From: Lingula anatina
Lineage: Eukaryota; Animalia; Brachiopoda
Reading direction: 5' to 3'
Assembly: GCA_051362555.1 (NCBI GenBank)
Contig: CM120643.1
Span: 7,812,001-7,876,000, forward strand
DNA length: 64,000 nucleotides
Part shown: positions 11,754 through 23,927 of the stretch, one piece after another
Numbering within the stretch: position 1 is the stretch's first letter
Layout: every line of letters starts with the position of its first letter
Program-made: the position numbers and the translations under genes
Notes under the pieces: model-generated
The model's input: the letters and a program-made list of their open reading frames with translations, nothing else
The model's database searches: none
Told to the model about the DNA's origin: nothing

Positions 11754-14700
11754 GTTACTTTAACTCCTTTTCTACAAATGCCCGAGGGGTGGCCATTCTA
11801 ATTAATAATAACTTCGAGTTTGAATTTTTTAAAGAACAAAAAACAAATGATGGCAATCTCTTAGCGTTGGATATTGGTATAAACAAAGTCCGATTTACTT
11901 TAATTAACATATATGGTCCTAATAGAGATAGCCCAGATTTCTACGAACAAATACGACAAACTATTGTCGATTTTAATAATGAAAACTTTTTCATCTGTGG
12001 AGATTTTAATCTCGTTTTAGACCCGGTGCTAGATTCAAGCAATTACCGTCATGTAAATAACCCCAGAGCAAGGAAGAAAGTAATTGAAATAATGAATGAT
12101 CTTGATATAATTGACTTTTTCAGAGTATTGTATCCAGGAGAAAGAAGGTTTACGTGGAGAAGAAGGAATCCGTTGAGGCAAGCTAGGCTCGATTTTTTCT
12201 TGATCGCCGATAACCTACAAAATTCTGTAAACAACATTTCTATAAATGCAGGTTACCGTTCTGACCACTCATCAATAATACTAGAACTAAAATTAAATAA
12301 ATTCATCAAAGGCAGGGGGACTTGGATCTTTAATAATACTCTCTTAAATGACGTGGAATATGTAACTAAAATTAAGGAAACGATATTAAAAGTTAAGAGA
12401 CAGTATACAATCCCCGTATATAATTTGGAACATATAGATGACATTCCGAACGAGTCTATTACCTTCATAATTGATGACTCGCTATTTTTTGAAACTCTTT
12501 TAATGGAAATTAGAGGCGCGACTATATCATATTCCTCTTACAGAAATAAGCAAGCCTGTAAACTCGAAAATGATTTGGAAAACTCAATAAATGAACTAGA
12601 AACTAATTCTCAATTCCAAGACATTTCAGATCTATTGGAAGCAAAAAAGACAGAATTGAAAAACATAAGACAGAAGAAACTAAAAGGTATCCTTTTGCGA
12701 GCAAAAGCAAGGTGGGTGGAAGAAGGTGAGAAGCCGACAAAATACTTCTGTTTTCTTGAATCTAGACATTACGTGAACAAAACTATACAAAATCTAGAAC
12801 TGCAAGACGGTACTGTTATTTTCGATCAAAAGGAAATACTTAATGAAGCTAAATTATTTTATGAGCGTCTGTATTCCTCAAAAAAAGAATTTGTAGAAAA
12901 AACTGATCTTCGAGTCCTTCTTGACCAATTTAACGTGCCTAAATTAAATGATACCGAAAAAGAACTGCTACAGGGAGAAATCTCCAAGACAGAACTTCTT
13001 ACAGTCCTAAAGAAAATGAAGAATAACAAATCTCCGGGTTCCGACGGTTTTACAACTGAGTTTTACAAATTTTTTTGGTCAGATTTGAAAGAATTTATGG
13101 TCAGAACGGTAAATGAAGTATTTCGTAAAGAAAGGTTACCAACTAGCCAGAAACTCGGCATTATTACTTGTATCCCGAAAGGGGACAAGAATAGAAAATT
13201 TTTACAAAATTGGCGACCTATAACATTATTAAATGTATTTTATAAACTAATATCCGGATGTATAGCTGAACGAATGAAAACTGTATTAGACAAACTAATT
13301 TCCCCTACTCAATCTGGGTTTTTAGCTGGCCGCTATATAGGAGAAAACACACGGTTGATATATGACCTAATGCACATCACAGAAAAACGAAATATTCCAG
13401 GCTTGCTTGTTTTGATTGATTTTGAAAAGGCTTTCGATTCGGTTGACTGGGATTTTATAATTAATGTACTAGACTTCTTTCATTTTGGTGACGCAATTAA
13501 AAAATGGTTTGGGATATTAAATTTCGACTGCAGCGCCTCCATTAGTCAGTGCGGTCATTTATCCGAGTACTTCAGAATCTCGAGAGGATGCCGTCAGGGT
13601 GACCCCCTCTCCCCGTACATTTTTATTTTATGTGCTGAAATACTTTCGTTACTGATCAAGAATAATAGTGATATTACTGGTATAAAGATAGAGAATACAG
13701 AATTTAGAATATCACAATATGCTGACGACACTACCCTCATTCTCAACGGTAGCAGACTCTCATTTCTTGCAGCATTTAATACACTTGATTTCTTTTCAAA
13801 AATATCAGGTTTGGCGATAAATAAGAGTAAGACTAAACTAATTTGGATTGGCGCAAAAAAGTTTAGCAAGGAAGTGTTTCACCATGTAAGATGGAAGATG
13901 AATTGGGTTTATGACAGTTTTAATTTGTTAGGTATTGAATTTACATTGAATTTGCAGGATATGATAAAAACTAATTTTGAACAATACATCGTAAAAATTA
14001 AAAGAATGTTGCAACAATGGGAAAGGAGACCTTTGACGCCCATTGGCAAAATCACTGTACTGAAAACCCTGGTTGTACCCATGTTAAACCACCTATTCAT
14101 TTCCCTTCCCAATCCAGATGAAACATACATGAAATTACTAAACACAATGTTCTTTCAATTTATATGGGGCAAAAAGACGGAAAAAGTGAAAAGGAGTGTA
14201 ATAACTGGTAATTATGAACAAGGTGGTCTTAAGATGCTAGATTTATTTGACTTTATTGCTTCTCTTAAATGTACTTGGATTAGAAGAATTTATCAGACAG
14301 ACAACATATATGTTCCACTTCTCCAAGCTATTTTTGATCGAGATGTAATAAGTTATATATTTACTTTTGGGAATGCGTATCTAGACAAGCTTATTAAGGA
14401 TTGTAGTAACTGTTTTTGGAAAGATGTTCTGGTTTCCTGGAAATTAGTGTTAACACGCTTACTAGAAAGAAAAAGTATAATATCTGTGGAGCCGATTTGG
14501 TATAATGATAATTTTAGGATTGGGGGCAAGCCTGTGTTTATAAGAAAATGGTTTAACAAAGGCGTCAAAATTGTTAGCGATTTTCTTGAAAATAACAGAA
14601 TTTTAACAAAGGAAGAATTTGAACAAAAATTTAGCCTACAAAACTGTTGTGCGCTTACATTTTATGGTATACGAAATTCTATTAAGCACAGGCTTATGAA

Positions 14701-15603
14701 TAAAACGCATAACGATGTTCTTGAGATCACCTCTCACCCTTTTTTGCCTCAAGCAATAGAGCTTCTTATCAAACATAGTAAAGGCTGTAGAGACTTTTAT
14801 CAAACTCTCTACAAGCCAGCTACACGAATGACAAATGAAAAAAAATGGAACGCAAAGTCAAATTTTGATGTACATTGGAAAGATGTCTATAAGAACTGTT
14901 TCGAAACAACAAAGAACACCAAACTGCAGTGGTTCCAATACCGCATAATACATAGGCTCCTGCCTGTTAAATCATATTTAAAAACTATAGGGATTGAAAA
15001 CGATGACGTCTGTTCTCTTTGTGGTGTTGCAAGGGAAGACATTTCGCATACTTTCTTCCATTGCGCGTATAGTAAAAAAATTTGGGAAGAACTGAAAGCT
15101 TACATCTTTAACAGAACGAATAAAAACATTACCTTTAATGAAAAATGCATCCTTTTCGGCTATCCAACAAACCCAAACAGCCCAATTAATTTTGTTATTC
15201 TTTGTACGAAATTTTATATTTACAAAAGTTTCAAAAAGAAAGAATGTATGCGTCTTTCTTCACTCATAAATTACATAAAGGATCAATTTATAATAGAAAA
15301 ATTCAATGCATTAAAAAAGCTAAATTTAACAAACTTTGAAAAAAAATGGGAAAATTGGTCAGACATGTTTGAATTTAATTAGCTTCAGCAAAATAATATT
15401 TTGCACTTTTTACTTAATAATATGTTGTAGTTATGGATGAATACATTGTGGTATCGATCTTTATTATTATTATTATTACTATTATTACACCTATTGTTCA
15501 TGAGATTATAAACTTATATTCGTGTGTGTGAGAGAGAGAGTGAGTGTGCAGTGTGCATTTACCATACTTGGGTATATGTACTTTCTTATACTGAAATTTT
15601 TCA

Positions 15604-15650
<47 letters not shown>
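11754..15650 (+). mobile_element. Young 5'-truncated non-LTR retrotransposon (L1/Tx1 group)
   Basis: Perfect TSD GATAATGTCCAGCTGAG (11737-11753, 15651-15667). AATAAA runs into a 45-nt poly(A) (15606-15650). No ORF1. Confidence 0.97.
11789..15382 (+). CDS. LINE ORF2: APE endonuclease (N-terminally truncated), reverse transcriptase, C-terminal CCHC zinc finger
   Basis: 1197 uninterrupted codons. NIYGPN, GDFN, RLDFFL, SDH (APE); KSPGSDG, WRPITLLN, DFEKAFD, GCRQGDPLSP, QYADD (RT); CSLC...HTFFHC. The frame extends back to 11753 (GYFNSFSTNARGV) with no true start codon. Confidence 0.95.
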   Translation: MAILINNNFEFEFFKEQKTNDGNLLALDIGINKVRFTLINIYGPNRDSPDFYEQIRQTIVDFNNENFFICGDFNLVLDPVLDSSNYRHVNNPRARKKVIEIMNDLDIIDFFRVLYPGERRFTWRRRNPLRQARLDFFLIADNLQNSVNNISINAGYRSDHSSIILELKLNKFIKGRGTWIFNNTLLNDVEYVTKIKETILKVKRQYTIPVYNLEHIDDIPNESITFIIDDSLFFETLLMEIRGATISYSSYRNKQACKLENDLENSINELETNSQFQDISDLLEAKKTELKNIRQKKLKGILLRAKARWVEEGEKPTKYFCFLESRHYVNKTIQNLELQDGTVIFDQKEILNEAKLFYERLYSSKKEFVEKTDLRVLLDQFNVPKLNDTEKELLQGEISKTELLTVLKKMKNNKSPGSDGFTTEFYKFFWSDLKEFMVRTVNEVFRKERLPTSQKLGIITCIPKGDKNRKFLQNWRPITLLNVFYKLISGCIAERMKTVLDKLISPTQSGFLAGRYIGENTRLIYDLMHITEKRNIPGLLVLIDFEKAFDSVDWDFIINVLDFFHFGDAIKKWFGILNFDCSASISQCGHLSEYFRISRGCRQGDPLSPYIFILCAEILSLLIKNNSDITGIKIENTEFRISQYADDTTLILNGSRLSFLAAFNTLDFFSKISGLAINKSKTKLIWIGAKKFSKEVFHHVRWKMNWVYDSFNLLGIEFTLNLQDMIKTNFEQYIVKIKRMLQQWERRPLTPIGKITVLKTLVVPMLNHLFISLPNPDETYMKLLNTMFFQFIWGKKTEKVKRSVITGNYEQGGLKMLDLFDFIASLKCTWIRRIYQTDNIYVPLLQAIFDRDVISYIFTFGNAYLDKLIKDCSNCFWKDVLVSWKLVLTRLLERKSIISVEPIWYNDNFRIGGKPVFIRKWFNKGVKIVSDFLENNRILTKEEFEQKFSLQNCCALTFYGIRNSIKHRLMNKTHNDVLEITSHPFLPQAIELLIKHSKGCRDFYQTLYKPATRMTNEKKWNAKSNFDVHWKDVYKNCFETTKNTKLQWFQYRIIHRLLPVKSYLKTIGIENDDVCSLCGVAREDISHTFFHCAYSKKIWEELKAYIFNRTNKNITFNEKCILFGYPTNPNSPINFVILCTKFYIYKSFKKKECMRLSSLINYIKDQFIIEKFNALKKLNLTNFEKKWENWSDMFEFN

Positions 15651-15652
<2 letters not shown>

Positions 15653-16522
15653 TAATGTCCAGCTGAGCAGACAAGGTATCTACAACCACAAGACAAGATG
15701 GAAGGATGGAGAAGGATTACATGACCACATCAGATCAGGAAGACCCACTAAGTTCACAGATCTTCATAAGACGGTCATTGATGACAAGATGACCAGGAAT
15801 AAGGACCTGGTTGCCAAAGACTTGAAAGAAATTATCAAAGAACATACAGGTGAAAACAACACCACTTTCAAATAAATTTGTATATATCAAGAAAAAATTT
15901 TATAAACTGAAAGTTCATATAACTCCAGCGCTGTACGGATATTAAGAAAAAATGTTGGCTGGATGAAGAGTAGCAAAGACTACTGCCAGCTTGTGAGGAT
16001 TGTCAGCTGTCTGAAAAGAGTAAACTAGTGTTGGGAGGCCCTGGCAGTTGAAGACAAATTTGAGGACAGTGTTTTCTGGTAAATAATAAGCAAAAATCTA
16101 CAGATCTGCATTCAATATACAACATATATGTTGTTGATTTCGTGCATATGTTTCAGATCTTTTATTCTGCTCACTTTGTAAATTCATATATATTAGCACC
16201 ATTGTTGAAAAGATATACATACAAACATTTACAATAATTTTTCTTGTATTTAATTTTTGAGTTAAATATTGTTTTACTTAATAATATACTATTTGTTCAT
16301 TTACTTCAGATGAGTGTACCGTGGAAATGGACTCAAACTGCTGACATATTTTCCAGAAAGTGATAAGAGATGAAAACTGAAACGAAATTAGCCTGCCATA
16401 CCCACTACACAGCAGACCTAAGCACCCGTACAAGGTCCATGTATGGGCAGGTTAGACGCTACAGTGGAATATTAATACTGATGTGAAAAATGTTTACTTC
16501 ACTTGTAGAAATGTGATGAATT

Positions 16523-17563
16523 AAAGGGAAGTTTGGCAGCTGAGTCTATAACCTAGTTCCGATGGGATTCACTATGTAATTTTGGCTATACTTGTACAAA
16601 CCTCGGATTGAGTGCTGCATGAGCCGACGAGCCTCGGATTCAATGCTGCACATAAAATCGCATGAAGTTGCGGATTCAGTGCTACATCTTTGGCAACTGA
16701 TTGTGATTGGCCAATCATCTTATCCAATCACAGTAACTAGGTCGTGACATTTGGCCCAATCAGGATGAACTAGGTCAGGCGTTTCCACAAGGTTCGTGCT
16801 GCCGCGTTTAATGAAGTGAGCGATAGTATTCTTTCTCACATTGCTCTCACGCACGACATTCGCTAAAGAACAAACAACAGATTACTTTCCAATTCGCCAC
16901 TGTACGATTTTGATCAGCAAACAAGTAAGTTTTTCCTTTTTCAATCTATTTGCGAGCTTTTGACTTACAGACTTACGATCACCATGGCAGTTCTCGTTAT
17001 CGGTCATTCATTTGTTCATAGGCTTAGTTCATTTCTCGACCAAGGTCAGGACGTACGTGCAACGAAAGATTTCGGTTTTCCCCAACTCTGTGCACTGGCA
17101 CGGGATAGGCTGCCGCACGGTCCCTAAACTAGTCAGGTATGATTTGGGGATCCTTGGCTGGGTATGACCTGACTTGGTCGTACTTATCATTGGTTTTAAC
17201 GACATGTCTGACCGTAGTGTTTCTCCCTCTAACCTTTGTAAGGATATTGAAGAGTTAGCCCGTCGTTTTCATGACGAATTTGGTGTTTCTCATGTGGTGG
17301 TGAATCAAGTTCACCACAGACTGCGTCCCCATCACCCTTCTTTTTATGATCAAGTTGACCAGCTCAACATTCATCTTGCAGACTTGCCCTTAAGAAATCC
17401 ATTTATTTCCTTTTGGAAGAACGTAGGTCTGCGGAAAATCACCTGGCTTCACATCAAACCAGACGGGGTGCATCTTTCGGATGTGGGCCAGTATAAACTG
17501 TATCGTAGTCTGCGGGGCGCCATTATTAGGAAGGCCTTCCAGCTTGGCATTAAGCTTTCCTAA
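16523..17563 (+). mobile_element. SGNH-hydrolase cassette copy 2 (probable Ngaro/DIRS repeat)
   Basis: Same 15-bp start, repeated CGGATT motifs, CCAAT boxes and GTAAGT donor (16925) as copy 1. The right end is approximate. Confidence 0.65.
16984..17563 (+). pseudogene. SGNH/GDSL-like hydrolase (full length, one frameshift, one stop)
   Basis: Blocks IGHS, GIG, GFND and DGVH. A +1 C at about 17080-17083 and TGA at 17165. Confidence 0.85.
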
Positions 17564-17869
17564 TCTCTTCCAACTTCATCATAGTAATTCAGTATTATCG
17601 TATATCAATTTCTGTTGTGAGATGTGTGAGATGCTTTAAGGTTAATTTGACAGGTGTCCTTCAATTATAACCATACGTATATATATATATATATACCTTT
17701 ATATATAGGGTGTTTGATGTAAAAAGTGCAAAATTAAGAATTTGGAAGTGGTTATAGAATGAACCTTGTAATTGTTCCATATGATGACTGACTATTATGA
17801 TTAGAGAAGATTTTGATTTCTAAAAACTTTTTGAAAAGATTGCATTAAAGATATATGCTTATTTTTTTG

Positions 17870-18230
17870 TTTAGAGAAAAGCAGAGTGGTTGGTTTGGCC
17901 AACTGGGCAAGAACTGGCATGTGACTGTGGTGATCTTCTGAAACAATTCTAATGAGGTTTGTGTTATTATACAGTTAAGTAAAAATTTCATTGTTAACTG
18001 TAATTATATCGCTAATATGAAACCTGCTATTTCTTTGTATTAGTATAACAGACAAAACATATATTTACATGTATTTGACCTTAATTTTATTTTATTTCAG
18101 CATAGAACATTTACATTTTGCAACATGTGAAACAGGAGTACAAAATGTAGTTTGCAGTTGCCTCCATTTTGGAGAACACACTTGAAAATGTTGCTAAAGG
18201 GGTTCCTCAGATTAAACAAGCCAGCATCAG
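17870..18230 (+). pseudogene. DDE transposase relic, two exons (possibly Sola3-like)
   Basis: FREKQSGWFGQLGKNWHVTVV and FAVASILENTL...IKQASIR. The family assignment is from memory of the FRExQSxWFGxxGxxWH motif. Confidence 0.45.
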
Positions 18231-18804
18231 GTACCTGTCCATTTTATTTACAAATGCATGAATGAAAACAGCTAGCTAGTGTGTTTTTCATTCTGTTGTG
18301 TGGGAATAACATCAATGCATTTCCACTCAAGGTAGATGTTTACAAAAGATATTTACTTTGACATATGTATTACTAAATTTATTTCTGTAAGTGTACAAGT
18401 CATGCATTACCATTGCCTTTTAAATATATGAGGAAGCTGACTTCTGTCAAAATCATATACATGACATATGTTATTTGTATACTAACAATCATCCTATTAT
18501 AATTACTTGTAGGGGTGGATGTCTGCAGTGAGCAGAGAAGAGTTGGAAGATATTATTGTGGAGGTGTGTGATTGGTCCTCTGCAAATGGCATGGATATAA
18601 GAACACTCCCTGAAGAAGAGTGGAGATGTCCCCCCAAGATCCCTAGCCATCTATAAGTGATCAGCCAATGAGGTGTGTGTGCGAGCATTGTTGTGGGAAT
18701 GCCCAGTGAGGCTGAAAGGATTTGCTGCAATCAATAGCATATCTTCAGGAGTAAGCATATAAATAAAAGAGATACGTTTTACAGAGGCGCTTGCAGACAC
18801 AGTA

Positions 18805-19180
18805 TTAGAGACACCCCAAAAGATGGCAACTGTTTCTTCTCGGCCATCAGTGACCAGTTGGATTTCCTCAAACAAGATAAAGAGTTAACCCACACACAGC
18901 TGAGAGCAAAACTCATTGATCATCTAATGAATTTGCCTGATATGAGTAAAATATTATTATTTTTAAATTAACTAAAGCTTGATTGTATTTTTTGCACGTG
19001 CTCATTATGATTTTTTGAAAAAAAATTAAACCTGAAATGTGGTGAAAATTTTAGGACGTGAAGAATGGCTTACAAAATTCCATGACAGAACCCTTGACCT
19101 CCTACCTGGAGTAGATGGCAACTGATGGCACATATGCTGAACATATTGCATGCAAATACCTGGCTCAAGCACTTCCAATT
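18805..19180 (+). pseudogene. OTU-family cysteine protease relic
   Basis: RDTPKDGNCFFSAISDQL catalytic Cys motif, TQLRAKLIDHL, then a further exon YLE*MATDGTYAEH. Confidence 0.75.
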
Positions 19181-19789
19181 AAAAAAAAAAATTTACTATA
19201 CACATACATACCAATAATAAGGGATGCCTCTGTTTGATCACATTTATCTAGTGTTTTTATCGGATGAATGTCATTTAAAAATCACCTTTCAAAATGGATG
19301 AGGATGACATTCAACATTTTGATGGACTTAAATTTGTGACATTAGAAAATGTCAAATTTTAAACTAAATTCGTCCATTGCCTCTGAAAATGTACACCAAA
19401 AGGAAAAAGCATAAAAATTCCAGACCACATACTGCTCCTCCATTTTAATGTATGTCAAAAATGAAATTTGAGCATTTAACAGTGGTCTTGGTGAATTAGA
19501 CAAAATATATCTGAAACAATTCATTAAGCCTACAGAACATAATTTTATGAATTTTAGATTTGTATTATTACAAAATAAAATTGGCCTGTCCATACAAAGC
19601 AACAGGCCTTCTTACCAATAATAGTATTATTTGTAAGACAATTTTCTACACGTTTATTTTCCAGGCCTACCACCACCAACCCAAAATGGGAACAAGAACA
19701 TACTGACCTTTAGAGACTACCATACAAAATGTGTGGATTTCTATCCTTTGTCAGGCAAAAGTGAAGCTGGAGTGGCCCTCCACATTATT

Positions 19790-21060
19790 ATATAAAGACA
19801 TTTTACAGGTCTGTTCATGTGCTTTATATAAAGACAGTCTTGCCAGACTCTATGGCTGTGGACGTACTAAGAATATTTCATCCAATTGTTCCAAACACTA
19901 AGATACAACCAATTTTTAAACCTTACTTATGGCTACATTATATGATAATGACGTCTTGTCCTCAATTACTTGGTTATAATTTTACGCAACCAATGGCTAT
20001 TTCAGAAACATAAACTTCACTACTTGAAATAACTTTCAACACCTCTGCTGAGTATTGTTCAATTTGCAAAGCAGCTTAATTGTTATAATATATAAGCCAA
20101 GGGACCATGCTGAAACTCTGAAATATGCAGTAGAGGCAGAGACAACTAATAAGACTACATATGGTGTAAAAGCTAGGGTTTAGTGTGATGTTCCGTTTGC
20201 CAAATTTTGATGTTATCCATTCAGTTTCTATAGATTATATGCATTGAGTTTTATTGGGAGTTCAGAAGATGCTGCTCCATTTGTGGTTAGACAGTAGTAA
20301 CAAATCAGAGCCATATTATATTGGAAATTACATGTCTGGGTTAGATGACAGAATTAAAGCATTAATTAACTCCTCCAAATGTAATAAACCGCTCACCTAG
20401 GACTTTTACTGAACTTAAGCACTGGAAAGCTTCTGAATTCAGATAATTTCTTTAATTTCATTCTGTAGCTTGTTTAGTAGGCATCCTACCATATGGATAT
20501 CTTAAGTCATTACTTTTTTCTTGTAGAGTCAATTTACCTGCTCCTCAAAACTAGTATAAGCACTGCTGATGTAGCAAGAGCAAGAGTTCTCTTGAAATTA
20601 TTTTGTGCTAAGATTGATTGTTTGTATTCACCTCGAAATGACACTTATATTAATGTACATTGCCTTGTTCATTTATGTGACTAAGCTATCTTGGGTCCCT
20701 TATGAACACAGTCTTGTTTTTTCTATGAAGACCTTAATGGGGAGTTGAGAAAACTATTCCATGGGACAAGCTCTGTGAAATTACAGATTTCATCTGCTGT
20801 TGTTATTCACCAACAATTACCAGATCTAGTGAAGCAATTAGTTCCAGGTTCAGAAACGGGGACATTCTATTTGAAATTAGCAAAGAAAACATTACCTTAC
20901 AACAGGTCACTGCTATTTGGACACAGTTATGCAGTAGGGCATTTTGTCAGCTGTAATCTTTTGGATGGAACTAGAGAATTGATAGAAAATATTTGTGGCC
21001 CAATCAAAAGGGTACACAATTGTGCTATCCTCTCATGAGTGACATTACTTTTCAATCTCT
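19790..21060 (+). pseudogene. EnSpm/CACTA transposase relic
   Basis: SIDYMH*VLLGVQK, PPNVINRSPR...HWKASEFR, NVHCLVHL, LGPL*TQSCFFYEDLNG.LRKLFHGT. Confidence 0.9.
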
Positions 21061-21509
21061 TTCATACAGGAACTGTGCAGACCGCAGAAAATTTCTGATA
21101 AGTGTAATACTTTTTAATGAAGTCGCGGGCATGGGCACGTAAGTAGTAATGTAATTGTTCCTATCACTTTAATTGGTCCAAGTCAACTTTAATTTTACCT
21201 CACTTTATTACCCTTTATCTAAAGTTACGATAATTTGCAGCCACATGGTCTGTCACTCCAATATATGAGGTATAAAACCAGACAGCAGCCTAGAAATAAA
21301 TGGAGTCGGGAATCGTGGACCAAACCTTGAATCTTCAGCAGACAGATTAGAGTCCCTAGAGTAAAATATACCCTGCGGTATCGAAAATAAACTAAGGCAA
21401 AGTGAAAGACTACACTTGACCCTGACATAAATGCTGAAGAAATCTTGAACAATACAAAAAAATTACAAGTGGTAAATTTGGTGGGAAGGACAAGGTTACC
21501 AATGAAATG

Positions 21510-22064
21510 ATCCAATTGGGAAAGGATTTTCTTATAGATGCCTGAAATGAATGGAAACGAATGGAGTCATGCAAGTGTGCCTTGGCATTGAATGACCAGT
21601 TCAATGATGTAATTTTGACAGATGATTGTGCAATGCACAGATTTTTAATTCTTAAACAGCGCAATACATGTAACCATTAATTCCATGCAGGTTACAGATC
21701 TGGAGCTGGATATTTTTTATATAATTTTATTATTATTTTAATGTTATTGATTATTATTAAAATATTATCGACAAGGTATTGGTTAAGAAAGAAATTTAAC
21801 ATAATGGTAGATTTAACCTAGTATTTGTGCAATTAAAAAGTCACTGCATATATATGGACACAGCTAGTGGACGCTGAAAAGTTGCATGGACTGACGTCAA
21901 TTTTATTGCAAAAATCATTTCAGGAGAATGCTCCGTATAAATGCAAAGGAATGGACGTTTTGTTTTCTGCAAGGTCATTCGGGACGAGAATGGAAACGAT
22001 ATTAGCGCTCAGCTTAGGCTCAGGCCCAAACCCAAACACCCATATAAAGTGCACGTGTGGGCAG
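21510..22064 (+). pseudogene. Second intron-containing Tc1-like transposase relic
   Basis: DQFNDVILTDDC and PKPKHPYKVHVWAG|GTAAG. The donor position after WAG matches copy 1. Confidence 0.65.
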
Positions 22065-22519
22065 GTAAGCAGTGCAAACTGTACAACTACTTTGGCATTT
22101 GATAATTTAAGTCTTGAAACAATGTCTGTGTGCAATGCAAAATGGCATCAACAAGAAAATTTGCTCTTTTATGGTCTGTGATTTGGCCCTCATAAACCTG
22201 CAATAACAGTAATGAGGAAATAAACGGAGACCTACTAAAATTAATTCACAGCACGCAGTTTGTAGAATTGCAAATTACCTCCATTGTTGGCTAAGTTCAG
22301 CAAATCCCCATGTTAATGTGTGGTGTGCTAATGGAAAATGTAGGTCAAATGGGGAAAGAGTTTGTGGCATCTTTGTAAAAAAATAAATAAATAAATAAAT
22401 AAATAAATAAAAGTTGCAGTAGCAGATACATAAGATCAAGATGTGATGTTATTGAAAAAATCAAGAAAAAAAGTGGGATTTTGTAATCAAGTTAATAAAA
22501 AAAATTATCACTGTTGTAA

Positions 22520-22885
22520 GTATTTAGCTGGGGTAGTTGAATGTTTTGACAGAGTGATGTTAAGAGGGACAGTATATCACACAAGTAACTGCACAAGAGC
22601 AAAGGCCAAAAATTCATTTACTATCAAATATGTAAGTGATGATAGTGTAAGATTTGGTCACATAGAGCGGTTTTTAAAAACTCGGAAATACTGGGTGAGA
22701 CCGTGGATTGCAAGACGCCACTTGTAAGGCGATTACAAACATTTGATGAAAGAACTTTTGATAAGACTACAGCCTCACCTAACAAAACCAGTGCTGTAAT
22801 AAAAACAAATTTGCATATGATATTCATTGAAATTCAGGGTACATCATTTGTTGCAGAGAGTCCAAACACTCATGAAACAGATTGA
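22520..22885 (+). pseudogene. EnSpm transposase C-terminal fragment
   Basis: FDRVMLRGTVYHTSNCTRAKAKNSFTIKY...FGHIERF and the terminal FVAESPNTHETD*. Confidence 0.6.
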
Positions 22886-23765
22886 TTTTACAAGGAGAAC
22901 AGTTTTTGAAAGTGTTTTTTTTAATGCCAGAAGTTGTGTTGAGTTTTTCAACAGCTTCTCTGAAATTTCAATTACCGGGGGACCATAGAAATACTGACTG
23001 GATTCCAGCAGGGTTTTAGTCCAATTCCAGTGCACTCTAGGGAAGTGGATGCCTCATAACCCTGTAAGGAGTACATGCCAAGGCAAGTGTGGCTGCCTTT
23101 AAATAAACCAAGTCTTAGTGTGGGTGCAGCAGCAGCACTAAAATCTGTAGCTGGCGGAAGAACTAACCAATACAGTCAACAGTGGCTACAGAGGAACAAA
23201 GGGCAGGTCAGTGACCCTGATTTTGGCCTCTGTACTGCGCAAAAATCAGCAGGTCTTGTTTGAAAATCTGTTTGTGCCATGGCCATTCAGTCAGCGGGTT
23301 ATGTTCGACAATCAAGTCATGTTGGAAAATCTCTTTATTTTTCCTCATCAAGTATATATTTAATCAGCAGGTTTTGTTTGAAAATCAGCAGGTCATGTTC
23401 AAAAATTTGTTTCTGTTGTCACCATCAAGTCTACAATTGATTGAAAACCTTTGTTGTCTGCTTATTTTCAACATCAAATGTGGAAGAAAGATTTTAATCT
23501 CCATAGTCATTAACAGCCTTTTTGGAGCATGTGAACTGATATAATTACCCTGCTCTTCCCAATAATTTTGCTGCACCCTATAATACTAACTTCCCTTGAC
23601 CAATTCCCATAATAGTGATTGCTTGCGCCCCGCCCCTTTCCTGCTGAAACACCTATTCCTGCCACATCTCTTCCCTCTGTGCATAATGCAATGCGCACTG
23701 CATACAACAGCAAACATGAAAGAGGAATTATGCACTCAATGCACAGCATTGGACATCAAATAATT

Positions 23766-23927
23766 CACAGGCAATCAACAAATTTCAGGATTCGTGGTTG
23801 AATCGTAATCAGTTCGTGATTGATCAAGAATTGCAAGAACTGACTATGAATATATTTGAATCTGTTAAGAATTTCACGAACTGATTACGATTCAACAACA
23901 AATCCTGAAATTTGTCAATTCCTGGTG
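23766..23927. mobile_element. 162-bp CAC...GTG MITE with 3-bp TSD (CACTA/Chapaev group)
   Basis: About 55-bp inverted arms (ACAAATTTCAGGATT...CAGTTCGTGA and its reverse complement). ATT on both flanks. Confidence 0.8.

Larger units (their letters stand above)
11695..16450 (+). pseudogene. Intron-containing Tc1/IS630-like transposase relic, split by the LINE
   Basis: LSRQGIY...RSGRPTKF HTH exon to 15849. GW...YCQLVR...FED.VFS exon to 16078. DECTVEM...RPKHPYKVHVWAG exon 16310-16450. GT/AG boundaries and several stops. Confidence 0.75.

Noticed and set aside
12049-14568. Antisense ORFs within LINE ORF2
   Set aside because: Short shadow ORFs expected opposite a long coding frame.
15522-15875. 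117-aa poly-Lys ORF
   Set aside because: It reads through the LINE poly(A) tail into the interrupted Tc1-like exon and is not a gene.
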